DNA of 64,000 nt from Octopus vulgaris (Eukaryota), in assembly GCA_951406725.2 (NCBI GenBank), contig OX597819.1:19468001-19532000 (forward strand), read 5' to 3'. The first letter of the stretch is position 1; each line of letters opens with the position of its first letter. Below are positions 44,392-57,602 of this stretch, one piece after another. The notes under the pieces were generated by a model that had not been told where the DNA came from, made no database searches, and was given only the letters and a program-made list of their open reading frames with translations. The position numbers were made by a program, and so were the translations under genes.

Positions 44392-44837
44392 CAATTGAGG
44401 ATAAAATCTTTATCCTCAATATAAATTGTTAATTTATATTTTTCACCGGAGTAGTTCAATACTGAATTTTTATTCCGAATAGAGAATTTGATACCGAAAT
44501 GCATTGCGAATAAGCCCGCCATTTTCATAGATATGTAAAGATAAACATTCGGACATGCTACGACGAATTCTACGGTTGGCTATCGAGCTTGTAATGTTAT
44601 GTTTTTCTCTTATATTTCTTGAGTTTGTTGCACTGATGAACATAAAAATGCATATTCTGCATTTAAATGCGAAATCACATGTGATATGTAACTGAATTCC
44701 TTTTTTAAAGTGATGTGTTTTGAAGTTTTGCATTCGGTAAAATTTTGTTTGTTTATTTTTAGTAGTTTCGACCGCATTGGTCCCTCTTAGCGTGTTGGTA
44801 TCTACGACTAGTAGTACCCTCAATATAATATAAATAT

Positions 44838-44919
<82 letters not shown>

Positions 44920-45415
44920 AAGAGAGAGATAGATTGATATATTGATAGATTGATAGATATATATGAAATATGAACTATGGCAGTTTAGTTCACAAGTGAT
45001 CTAGACGACCAAGTACGCTAGGGAATTGCTGTAACGGGTAACTAGGGCCCAAGGTTATAGCCGATACGGTAGATATGGAGCCATTGCAAATGTCCGATGC
45101 AGCGGGTATATTATTGTTAAAGAGGACAACGAACGTTGAGGCAAAGCAAGCATCTCAAGTCATATACATCATTATTACTGGAAAACAATTCAAAGTGGTT
45201 CTGGAATTTCCCAGAAGAGAGCATAAAGGGGCGTTAAAACATACAACAGTTATTTTCGGTAGACATTTATTGATGTAATCTTATGTTATATCATAGCATG
45301 TGATAAACAATCTGTAGTTAGAGTCTTAAACATGTATGAAACAGTTTAGATAACACCTCGTCTATGACGAACCCGATCAACGTTGCTTCATAAGGATATA
45401 TATATATGTGTGTTT

Positions 45416-45505
<90 letters not shown>

Positions 45506-45524
45506 ATATATATATATATATATG

Positions 45525-45945
45525 GAAGATATTCAGTATAGACATCTGAAAATTCCACGATGAATTTGTTCCAAACTTTGGCATGAGAAGTTACAAAAAC
45601 AGCAGAAAGGGGTGCCTCTGTGCATTGCGGAAGACCCCAACATTGCCATCAAAATACAGAACCAGATACTGCAACAGCTTGGGTTTCAAGCGATCACAGC
45701 TTTCAGTATCCTTCTAAAACTCTAAAATACCCGTGAGACCTGCAAATTGTTGATGTAATCGTTTTCAAAACAAAAATGAATTCTCTCTTGTTATGGGTTC
45801 AGGATGAATCTACCTCCCGGCAGGAAATAAACTTGAGCGCAGCTTCATCATTAACCAAATGCCATTTATCAGATGAAGGGGTTCAAATAATGAATATCTG
45901 ACAAAGCCAACGTTGGTACTCCAGCATGACCACAGCTCCTTTTGT
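45525..45945 (+). mobile_element. CR1-group LINE 3' end
   Basis: VPNFGMRSYKNSRKG...PSKYRTRYCNSLGFK...FKTKMNSLLLWVQDE, then a tail GGTACTCCAGCATGACCACAG. Confidence 0.75.
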
Positions 45946-46089
45946 TAAATGTTTAAGGAGTGTATATAATTACGAGCGCAAGTCAGAAAGTAATGCAATT
46001 TTCATTTATCTCAATTTGTGACTCCCCATTGTGCATACGCCTGTATATCTATACAAATATAAATACATGCACAGTTTTACATACATATA

Positions 46090-46129
<40 letters not shown>

Positions 46130-46131
<2 letters not shown>

Positions 46132-46296
46132 GATACCTGCAATGTTTTTCCTCTGTCCTCCCGCCTCGGGATATGTTTCCGACGAAGAGCTCCGCTCGAA
46201 ACGTCATACCCTCCTTCTTCCATTTTCCTGAACGCCTAATAATAATACTGTAATTGTTCCACGTGTTGTTGTTTTTTCTGTTTTCCCGTTTGATTA

Positions 46297-46300
<4 letters not shown>
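46130..46300 (+). mobile_element. Penelope-like terminal fragment, family A, with minimal hammerhead motif at 46175-46209
   Basis: GTTT CCGACGA A GAGC TCC GCTC GAAACGTC ATAC; inserted in (TA)n. Confidence 0.65.
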
Positions 46301-46371
<71 letters not shown>

Positions 46372-46642
46372 TGTGAGATATAGTAGTAAAAGTAAGAATA
46401 ACACTTTAAACCATGCACGTCTTCCGTTACCTTCACAATTCTTTTATTTTGTAACAGTATTATAAACACAATTAACTATCAACGTATTTGATGGCAATTT
46501 TAGACTACGTACACAGCTTTAGTTACGATATTTATTTAATTACAGTCAAAGTGTTTCACTTCAGACGTTTGTTTAATTTGCTGTCATATATTTTGTTTTT
46601 CTCGTATGTTTTACCATGTGTTCAATTTTCTATCTACCTATG

Positions 46643-46707
<65 letters not shown>

Positions 46708-46762
46708 GTATATCTATCTATCTATCTGCATCTCTCTCTCTCTCTATTTATCTATCTATCTA

Positions 46763-46849
<87 letters not shown>

Positions 46850-47099
46850 AAAGCCAGAATGGATTGGTTTTAGTACAATTGTTTTATACAAAGACAGGCT
46901 TTATTACAAGTTGCAAAAATTGCAGCAGATAAAAGTGTCCCGTACTCATCAGCTAAAATACATTTGAGTTCTCTATATATATATATATATATATATATGT
47001 ACAGTAAATATATATATATATATATATAAATACGTCTTTCGGTTTCTTAATATATTTTCCTCTATAACGGTTTTTTAAATCCATTATTTACACAATATC

Positions 47100-47222
47100 A
47101 AACTCCACTGAGGTCAACATTGCCTTTCAATAAATTAAGTACCAGTTCCCTACTGGAGTCGATGTAATCAACTGGTCCCCTCCCCCAAAATTCCGCGCCT
47201 TGTGCCTAGATTAGAGAAGAAT
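47100..47222 (+). mobile_element. SINE family 2, 3' fragment
   Basis: GAGGTCAACATTGCCTTTCA...AATTAAGTACCAG...GTCGATGTAATC. Confidence 0.8.
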
Positions 47223-47698
47223 AATTACCCGATACTTTTACAACTTTTCTACTCCCAGTTCAATGATAGAAAAGGAATTATTTCACGCTCTCTCGAAGCT
47301 TCCAAATTCTTTTGTCCTCAATAATATATCTGCATATATGTATATACGTATGTACGTGTATTTATGCACGTGTATACGTTTATGTATGTATGTAAGTTTA
47401 TGTATGGATGAATGTATGTATATCCAAACGCATTTATACACACTCATACATTTTCCCATACGTTTTTATTCAGTTCTTTCTCTACCACGAGTATCATATG
47501 AACAGACGCATCAGAAGGATGTCACGTTGAAATTTACGCAATTATTTATGGTGTAAATAAATACCCATTAATACATATATATATATACATTCGTCGGCAT
47601 TTATTTGCATATGTTTCCCCAAACACAGACACATTTTCACACGCATGCGCTCACAAGCATTTTATTTACTGCCACTAGTTACGCAGCTACACACACAC

Positions 47699-47751
<53 letters not shown>

Positions 47752-47767
47752 ATATATATATATTATA

Positions 47768-47811
<44 letters not shown>

Positions 47812-47892
47812 GATATATAAATATGTATATGTATATGTATATATATATACATATATATATATGTATATATACATATATAACATATATATATA

Positions 47893-47930
<38 letters not shown>

Positions 47931-48639
47931 TCATGTGTATTTTTATATGTAGGTTCGTATAGAAAGACAGTAAATAAATTGTGTATGTGTGCATGTATGT
48001 GTAAGTGTGTGTGTGTGTGTGTGTATGTGAGGAGGCATATATGTGTATGCTGTTTGTAAGCTTTTTCTGGTATTTATTTGTATTGTACAGAAACTGTGTA
48101 TCGTTTAACCGAAAAAACAAAGACACAGCGCCATCTGAGAAACAGGTATATGATGTGTGATGGAAAGAGTGGGAGAGAAAGCGAAAAGATGAGAGAGAGA
48201 AAGAATGAGAGAAAAAGAAAGAGAGAGAGAAAAAAGAGAAAGAGAATGTGTGTGTTAATGAGAAGAACAAACAGAAAAAAGCGCGAGAATTTATTGACTA
48301 ATGGAAAAAAAAATGGATCTCTACAAACATTGTTTTTCCAAGGACGAATTCTACGTATTAATCAAATTGATTCTACCTGTGCGGTGTCTCCTGTCGTAGA
48401 TATGACGGTAAAAATTCCTATTTCCTGCCCCTAATCCATGTCACAGGCAGGATTAAAATTTCCCTCCGATGGGGTCAAAGAATAGAGAAAAACCCTACTG
48501 GGCAAAACGTCGCGCATTCACTGCTCCAGAATGGAAATATGCTGATGCAGTGAGCACAAGCTCTAACAGCCAACCCTATTCAGGCTCCATTATAAGGGCT
48601 GCAGATAAATAGCAGTCTCATTCATTCATTACACTAAAG

Positions 48640-49692
48640 ATCGTACAGCGACTGACTTGACTACATCAGTTCTAGTGTCGAACCCATTACAACCAATATA
48701 CAAGACCGCCAAAACCAATGGATCTAGGATGGCATCAGCCCTTAATTCACATCAATATTCTTTATGAACATCCCTAGACTGTTTCAACTCGCTTAACAAA
48801 GCCAAAATTCCCTTGCTGAGATCATCAAACAGGACTGGCTTCAATGTCTCTCTACAACTGGCACTGAAGTGCAATTCAATGAATTCATTTCGTTATTGCC
48901 TGCCAATATGCTAGGATGTTGTGCCAGAGAGAAGTGGGCTACGGAAAATGACATGCAGTTTAATGCTCGAAAATTCCAAGCCCGTCGCTATCAACATAGG
49001 AAACACGAAGGAAAGTAGACAGAATACACTGGCCTAAGAAAGATTGCAATCCGTGAATCAAAATCAGTGTGTTACCTGGGCAACGAAATGAGTAATGATG
49101 CATTTTCCAAGTGCATATGCCAAGTTGGTAACAAAATGCAGTCCGTTGGGCGGATGGTTCCTTAGAACTTTCAGAACGAGAGAATAAGAAAATCTGGTGC
49201 TCTTTGGAGGAGATTTACTCTCGGTAGTTTAGGTTACTGCTCCCAACCATGGTCACTACATAGTGTAAAACTGACTACGGAACTCGAAGCAATCCAGTGA
49301 AGCTATACAAAAAGATTTATATCAGCGTGACATACCAGCTACTGGGAGTGGCGGAAGACGTTCAGACTCTAATCCATAGTACGCAGGTGGGAAAGACACG
49401 CAGTGATATGCATCTGGAACTTCTAGAAGAACGTGAACCTGATTTTCACACAGATTTTCAACAAAAACCGATACAAGAAAAGGCAAATAATGAGTTGTGT
49501 TCAATAGAGGTTTCTTAGAGGTTTCTTCTATTCATAATGGGCCTCTCAGACATTCCTTCAGCTGCTCAGATAACCACCCTTGCTAGCTATGCGGATGATG
49601 CAAGAGTCTCCCAGAGGATACAGAACCTTGGAGATGTTGGTATCCGCAACAAGAGTTGGATGCGATACAGAAGTGGGCTGCGAAAAATAAAA
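48640..49692 (+). mobile_element. Rearranged CR1-group LINE RT fragments
   Basis: WATENDMQFNARKFQ and GWFLRTFRTR...GYCSQPWS...ELEAIQ (~48935-49320); FIMGLSDIP...LASYADDARV...QELDAIQKWA (49530-49690); PRLFNSL (~48770). Confidence 0.85.
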
Positions 49693-50239
49693 TACGCATA
49701 CACACACACATAAACGTGCCCACACGCACACACACTCACACACATACGCACATACACTCACACGTCTATTGACATCAATCATGCAAATACTCTAACAAGT
49801 ATTTGGAGTAATTTCTTGTCTTTGGCTCAAGTCGGAAATTGCGTCATTGTGCTCTGCATCTTTGAATAATACGTCTTCCGCAAATGCATGATAGGCAATA
49901 AAGAGGAAAATACTGCATCTGCCGAAAGAGAAATATAATACAATGTGCATTGTATTAAAATAAGATATAATGATAGTTTCTTACTCTCAAGATACGTGGT
50001 TAGAGACGTTTTTTAAAATGTGCCGTGTGTTTACAAGCAAACTTTAGGACCTGAGCACATTGGTTTGCTTTATCTGAAAATACAGACGCTGGTTTCTCAT
50101 GAACCAGCGTCTTGATGTTTCAAATAGAATAGACCATGGGCTTACAACCAGAAGATTGCTCGGAGACGTAACCTATGTGTCTTCACAGCAAGAAACTAGT
50201 AGTCTCTGCTCTTATTCTAATACTATATATATATCGCAT

Positions 50240-50420
50240 TATTTTTCTCTCCTTGTTTCTTTCCTTGTTTTGTTTTCTGTGTATCTTTCTGTCGATGAGC
50301 GTAGGCTCGAAACGTAAAAGACATTTTCTATTTCTATTCCTGAGCGCTATACTAATACAATTGTTTTTTTGTACTCCACCCGCCTTCGTCTTTTGTTTAT
50401 TTTCGTAAACCTTCCCGTTA
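50240..50420 (+). mobile_element. Penelope-like terminal fragment, family B, with minimal hammerhead motif at 50284-50321
   Basis: TCTTT CTGTCGA T GAGC GTAG GCTC GAAACGTA AAAGA; ends in (TA)n. Confidence 0.65.
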
Positions 50421-50499
50421 TATATATGTATATGTATATGCGCGCGTGTGTGTGAGTGTGTGTGTGTATGTATATATATATATTTATATATACGTTGGA

Positions 50500-50656
50500 C
50501 TTCTACAAGGTTTATAGTCTAGCAAATCCAATGACAAGCCATAAATCGGCCGGGGTTATAGACGAAGACACTTGTCCAAGGTTCTCCGCACTGCACTTGA
50601 CTCGAAACCATGTTGTTGTCAAATGCGAGTCTCAAACACACAGCCTTGTCAGCACC
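50500..50656 (-). mobile_element. SINE family 1 head fragment
   Basis: TCGGCCGGGGTTATAGACGAAGACACTTGTCCAAGG...GAAACCATGTTG. Confidence 0.75.
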
Positions 50657-51065
50657 TATAAATGTCGACAGCTTTACTCACATATTCAGTCATTAAGACA
50701 GTTCTTTTGTAAAACTAATTTGATTTATTGAATGTACTTCCTTGTAGAAGTTGAAATTACTTATTTCTGAGTTGGATAAACTATTTTACAAATCTTTCAC
50801 TCACTAAAAACATTTAATTCTGTTTTCTTGAGATAAATATATAATTAATTTATTAGTTTTCACTTAAAACTTCGTTGATGTATAACATTCGTTGAATGTA
50901 ATATATTGATACATACATAGATATATACAAACATACACACACACATATATGTGGTTATGTGCATCCGTGTGAGTTTATATATATACAATCAATGTGTGTG
51001 TGGGATTGTACATATATATATGCATGTATTATATATATATATGTATGTATATACACATTCCTACC

Positions 51066-51184
<119 letters not shown>

Positions 51185-51547
51185 TGTATTCCTTATCGTG
51201 AATGAAACTAATTCACTTAAATTTTATCTTTTACTACTTCGTTTATGTATAAGGATAGAAAGTGTTGGCTACGATAATTCGCACAACTGTTACGTTAATA
51301 TTCTGGACAAAAATATAATAGAAAAGAAATTCTCTTTGACATTCAGCGCCAGACACATATTCTACAAAAATATCCATCCGTATTGGCTGCCTTGCGTAGA
51401 CACATGTATGGCAAAGTCTCTGTGCCACAATCTATTCTCAGGTCTAGACTTTCTGAACTTTCATAACCGACAAATGTCTTTTGAGTAAATTCATGTGTTG
51501 GAAACTGCATGGAAGCCCTTTCTCGCTCTCTCTTTTCTCTCTCTCTC

Positions 51548-51574
<27 letters not shown>

Positions 51575-51580
<6 letters not shown>

Positions 51581-53200
51581 CCACATTCAAATCGCTAATG
51601 TCCCTTATGTTATGGAGCAGTTACTGTCTATATCTCGTTTAGAGAATTATTATTGTCGAACAGATTTTCAAAAGTTCAGATAATATGTATTTACGTGTAA
51701 AGTATTAGTAATTTCTAGAATAGAGAAGGAAGTGCAATTCCTTACAGCTGTTTCAGCCAAGTGATCACAGTACCTTGAAACCTGGGTCCGTATGTGGCAT
51801 CACTGCTTCTTCGGGGAATGATCTCCCTTTGCAGGATAGAGGACACCGTGATGGTGTCAGCCTATCTGGTGACGTTGAGGATCGCCTCAGAGAGTTTTTA
51901 AATGCATCAGTAACACCCCCACCACCCTGACGTCTCTCACTCAAATGGCTAATGTTTATGTTATGGAGCAGTTACTGTATATATCTCGTTATATATATAT
52001 ATATATATTACCAAATACCTTGAAACCTGGGTCCGTATGCGGCATCCGCTTCTTCGGGGAATGATCTCCCTTTTCAGGATAGAGGACACCGTGATGGTGT
52101 CAGCTTATCTGGTGACGTTGATGATCGCCTGGGGCTAAATGCATCAGTAATACCGCCCTGCCCTCAAAGTTGGAAGAATTCATATCCTGTAACTTACTTT
52201 CTTTTCAATTGTGTTGGTATTATACCACCGGGCGTGTTATAACATACTTATATAACGGTTGGCCTTTGTTCTTTGATAAATCACCGGAATAGTGTAAATA
52301 CTGAATTCTGTTATTCCTGACTAGGCAATTTGTTACCAGGTGAAACGTGCTATCTTCAGAAGCACATCTACCACCACTCCAGTTCATAGATTCACCATGT
52401 AAGTAAAAACCAGTCAGTACAAGCTCGCAGGTACGATACGGTCCTCAGATATTACATATTGTAAATATCTTTATTAGGCTTTTCTCTCTGGAATTTCTTG
52501 AGGTTTACTTTGCACTTGGTTAATTTTAATGCATATTCTGCAATAAATTGCTCCACAATCACATGTGATTGTACAGAATCTCCTACTATCTACTCCATCA
52601 AACCTGTATTCATGTGGTGCAATATGTACCACGAAGCCAGAACATATCTGGATGGATGATTTGTTTGGATTTAACATCTCTTAGGTAATAGCTGGAAAGG
52701 TGGTCCGTCGGGTGTCTGGGAGGAATAGTAGTACCCTCAATATAATATAAATGAATATTTTCAAAGAGGAAGAACTTTACGGATTTTTCTCTTACGAGGT
52801 TTTTCACGTGACTACTGATAATTTGTGTTTAAAGATTTTATGCGTGCGTATATATTATCATGCACATGCGTTCACATATTGATAGAAACCTACAGCATAC
52901 ACAACTCAGTATATTTTAATAAGTTCATGGGCATCTAATACTGCACCTGCTCCCAGGCCTGAAGACTGCATAGAATATAAATGTATTAGTACATTTCTAG
53001 AATAGAGCGAAGTGCAATTCACACACAGCTGTTTCAGCCACAGTGATCACAGTACACCCACATGTTATTTCCAAATTATCACTGTATTGTAAATCTGTTG
53101 ATAACAAACAAGACTTGGGTATGACTCTAGGCTTCCTCAGAGAGTTTTTATAAAATAGTCCAAGACGTTCATAAGGTTCATCCTCACGTATTTCACTGCG

Positions 53201-53256
<56 letters not shown>

Positions 53257-53262
53257 AATACG

Positions 53263-53328
<66 letters not shown>

Positions 53329-53358
53329 TATATATATATGTATGTATGTATATATTTT

Positions 53359-53391
<33 letters not shown>

Positions 53392-54490
53392 ATGTTGGTT
53401 GAATTCATATCCTGTAAAACTTACGGTTATATTTTCAATTGTGTTGGTATTATAGCACCGGGCGTGTTATAACATACTTATATAACGGTTGGCCTTTGTT
53501 CTTTGATAAATGGTAGTGTAAAGACAGTAACCACTTCTGTTGCACCTGTACTTTTTCCCAGGTGAACGTGCCTATCTTCAGAAGCACATCTACCACCACT
53601 CCAGTTATGGATTCACCATGAAGTAAAAACCAGTCAATACGCTCGCAGGTACAATAAATCCTCAGATATTACATATTACTAAAATATCTTAATTAGGTTT
53701 TTCTCTCTATGGAATTTCGTAGAGGTTTACTTTCTTGGTTAATTTTAAATACTCAATAAATTGCTCCACAATCATGGATTGTACAGAATCAATCCTACTA
53801 TCTACTCCATCAAACCTGTATTCATGTGGTGCAACATGTACCACGAAGCCAGGACATATCTGGATGGATGATTTGTTTGGATTTAACATCTCTTACGTAA
53901 TAGCAGGAAAGGTGGTCCGTCGGGTGTCTGGGAGGAATGAGCTTTCAATATTTCTATAATTCTACGGGATTACTTCACACATACCCCATACATACATATA
54001 TGTATGTGTATGTATGTATGTGTTTGTGTGTGTGCGTGCGTATATATTATCATGCACATGCGTTCACATATTGATAGAAACCTACAAAAGCATACACAAC
54101 TCAAAAAAAAAAAAAAAAAGTATAGATGGACTTAAATTCATGGGCATCTCCGAAACTGCCCCTGCTCCCAGGCCTGAAGACGGCATAGAATATAAATGTA
54201 TATACACATACACATACACACACAAATACACGCGCGTACACGGAAAAGCACACACAGCGACACAGAAACACACACGCATACACAAATACACACAGACACG
54301 TATATGTAAAGCTATCAGGTTGCCTGAACATAGCGTCAATTCCTCTTAGCATAGATTGTTGTTGACAGTAAAACAAACAAGATAAAATGCAAAGCAAACA
54401 CCAAACATCTAACAACGAAATTTTTTTTTCTGCAGAGAAAAATCTGCGTCAAAAGTCTCTTCATCCTCCACGTATTTCACTGCGTGCCAC
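51575..54490. repeat. Patchwork direct duplications (about 51575-51935 vs 51935-52170; 52170-53210 vs 53395-54490)
   Basis: Long near-identical blocks (for example 51771-51887 vs 52017-52130, and 52206-52281 vs 53432-53511) interleaved with unrelated blocks. Confidence 0.9.
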
Positions 54491-54492
54491 TA

Positions 54493-54527
<35 letters not shown>

Positions 54528-54562
54528 TTACATACATGTGTGGGTAATCATATACACACACA

Positions 54563-54628
<66 letters not shown>

Positions 54629-54836
54629 TACATACACATATGTATGTATAAATGCATATCAATATTTATGTCTATCTATATATGTATATATATAAATATA
54701 TAAATAATATAAAAATATATATATATGCATATTATATATATATATAGATATATAAACAATATATAGTACATATGCATATATATAAATGTATATATATACA
54801 TACATACATAAATAAGTATACTTATATACTTACATG

Positions 54837-54891
<55 letters not shown>

Positions 54892-55124
54892 TTATAGATC
54901 AATGTCTGTGTGTATACATACATGTCTGAATATATATATATATGTGTGTGTGTGTGTATGTGTGAGTGTGTGTGTGTGTGTTTAATAACAGGTCGGTAGA
55001 AAAAGTTACCGGGAAAAATATATATCCATACGCATTGAAACACACAAATACTGACGCAAAGACGTGTGTAATATATGCTTATAATTGTATACAAACACAC
55101 ACACACACACATATATATATATAC

Positions 55125-55164
<40 letters not shown>

Positions 55165-55618
55165 ATCTTCATTCCTGTGTGTGTATGTAAGTAAATACAT
55201 CTCCGTGTTTGTGTGCTTTGTGGTTATATATTAAATTGTAAGAATGAATAGGCATACACATAGCACTAGATGAAAAAAGAAGCTGCTTCGGAAGCCTATG
55301 ACTTTACAGATGTATACATATTACAGAGAGTCATGTTTAATACCAAATATATACATTTACACAAAAAATGTCAAACGCGCCCGCGCTCACCCACCTCTAC
55401 AAATATACAGCAATTTCAACTGGCAAGAAGCTTCATGTGCACACCAGAAACAAAAAATACATTTCACTACCTTATTTATGAAGCTGTAGCAGACATTCAA
55501 ATATATACAACATCCTGCAAATACACATACACACACAGAACACACACACACACATATACATACACACACACGCACATAGTGACACACATATGCATATGTG
55601 TATATGTAAATGTCTATC

Positions 55619-55699
<81 letters not shown>

Positions 55700-57602
55700 G
55701 TGTGTGTGTGCGTATGTTTGTGAAAGTAAGTATATATATATATATATATATATCGTAGTACCTATGTGCGTTGGCTTGTTTATGCAAACCGTCAAAATAG
55801 TGTAATCTTTTATTTCTTTCTGAACAGAGAAACTATGTGTTTGTTTCTGTGTGTTTATGTGTGTTGTTGTATGTGTGTGTGTACGTGTGTGTGTGTATGT
55901 GTGAATTTTAATTTTCAATTATGATGCCAATCAATATATTTCAGGTACAAATACGTGGATCACTACAGTTGTGGCCCCCATTATTATTTATTTTTATCTG
56001 ACCAAACTTGGTAGTATGAAAGGACCATGCTTTCCCCGGAAGAAAAATTTTGTGGCATACATTGAATGGACACGAAAATGATAGAATCTTTTTTTGACGA
56101 CTCCAAGACTTGAAGACAAAATTCAAATACCTCAGGTACCTAACACCAGTCTGAATGGAAAATATATATATTTTAGAAAAAATTCATCCATTTTTACAAT
56201 TATTATAGCTAACACAGACGTTAATAGTGACAGTCAAAGCGAAAACTCTCCTGAGAGAGTAACAGAGACCTTGTAAGTTTGTGTTAATATGGACAACGTA
56301 CATTGGAAGAATGTGGTGATGTAGACTGAACTTTTTGCTGAGCATTAGGTTTTGAAAACATTTTCTATATCTTAATTTTCCCAAATGAAAGACAATGTTT
56401 GATACATTTAGATAAATGTATAAATTTGTATCACATTTGTATTCGCATAGATATCAGAAATGGAGACATAAACATTTATAGTATTTAATTTAAAGAGGAG
56501 GGAACAGTCAATTTCATCAAATAAAAGACTCATCTAGGGACGTCTTTAATCCACCTTAAATTGATTAAAGGCAAAGTTGACCTCGGCAGAAGTAAAACTC
56601 ATCACATGAATTATTGAATAAATGCCACAGATCTAAAGGTTGTGGACTTCTTTGATGGTTGGTCGTGAGTATTATTCGTGACATCGATGACCAACCATCA
56701 AAGAACTCCAAAAACTTTACAACGCTTTTTATTCAAAATCCCTTCTGACCTTCCCATTTCCTCTTTGTATTAGTTTCCTATTACCCTATAACTACCACTC
56801 GCCAAATACAGACCAAATACTCTACCTTAATAATGGATCTGTGAACTACTATAAACGCACGAATCAGACTAACACCATCCTGACACACACTGTAGTGAAT
56901 GTACTTATAACACTTTCACGTATCATGTAACCTGATGAGGTGTCCTCTGCAATGTTGGGTGCATTCGATTCCATTATGTCGTTCTCCACCCACAAGAGAA
57001 CAGCGCAGATATAAACCGGAAGGATCGTAAGCTACATTTAGCCTACGTAATTATATCTACTATAAAGTTATAATTAAAAAAAAATAATAGCAGTGGTCAG
57101 AATGTTAAATACCTTAAAAGGTGAAACTATAAATGCAATTAAAAATAAGTACTAAAGAACAAAGTTTGTTTGCCAATAGACGCTAACACTATTATTATAT
57201 TCTCACTGTCGAAATCGAGTAGGCAATCCAACAGACATACATAAAAATTTAGTTATCCCCGGATCGGCTCGATTTCAGGATTAATTCAAACGGATTCTTC
57301 TTTCCCCAACGCGGAATACTTACGATGAAAATAATGGAGTACTTACTCATACCCACGGAAGAACAGACTCAATGACATTGATACCCATAAGTACTCCAAG
57401 TATATCCAAAATAGAAATTCTGTTGCAAGACTTGACACGTGAGCTACTGGCCAGGAATAGTACTTATGTGGTTACCTGTCCCGTAGTTAATGGGAGTTAA
57501 TCAATTTCTAATACAAGGATAAAATTTTAAAAAATATATCAGTGGCCAGCATATTAAAGAAGACCTTTAAACGTGAAGTTATAAATACAATTATATAATT
57601 AG

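Noticed and set aside
50084-50112. Perfect 11-bp hairpin AGACGCTGGTT/AACCAGCGTCT as a Helitron end or terminator
   Set aside because: No CTRR end at the expected distance on either strand, and intrinsic terminators are not relevant in this eukaryotic context.
52474-52677. Cys-rich ORF (ITCDCGAIYCRIC) resembling a Penelope GIY-YIG lead-in
   Set aside because: The cysteines come from the blended positions of the patchwork copy and are absent from the sister copy at 53707-53889.
56930-56955. CTGATGAGG hammerhead-like start
   Set aside because: No GAAA second core strand after the short stem.
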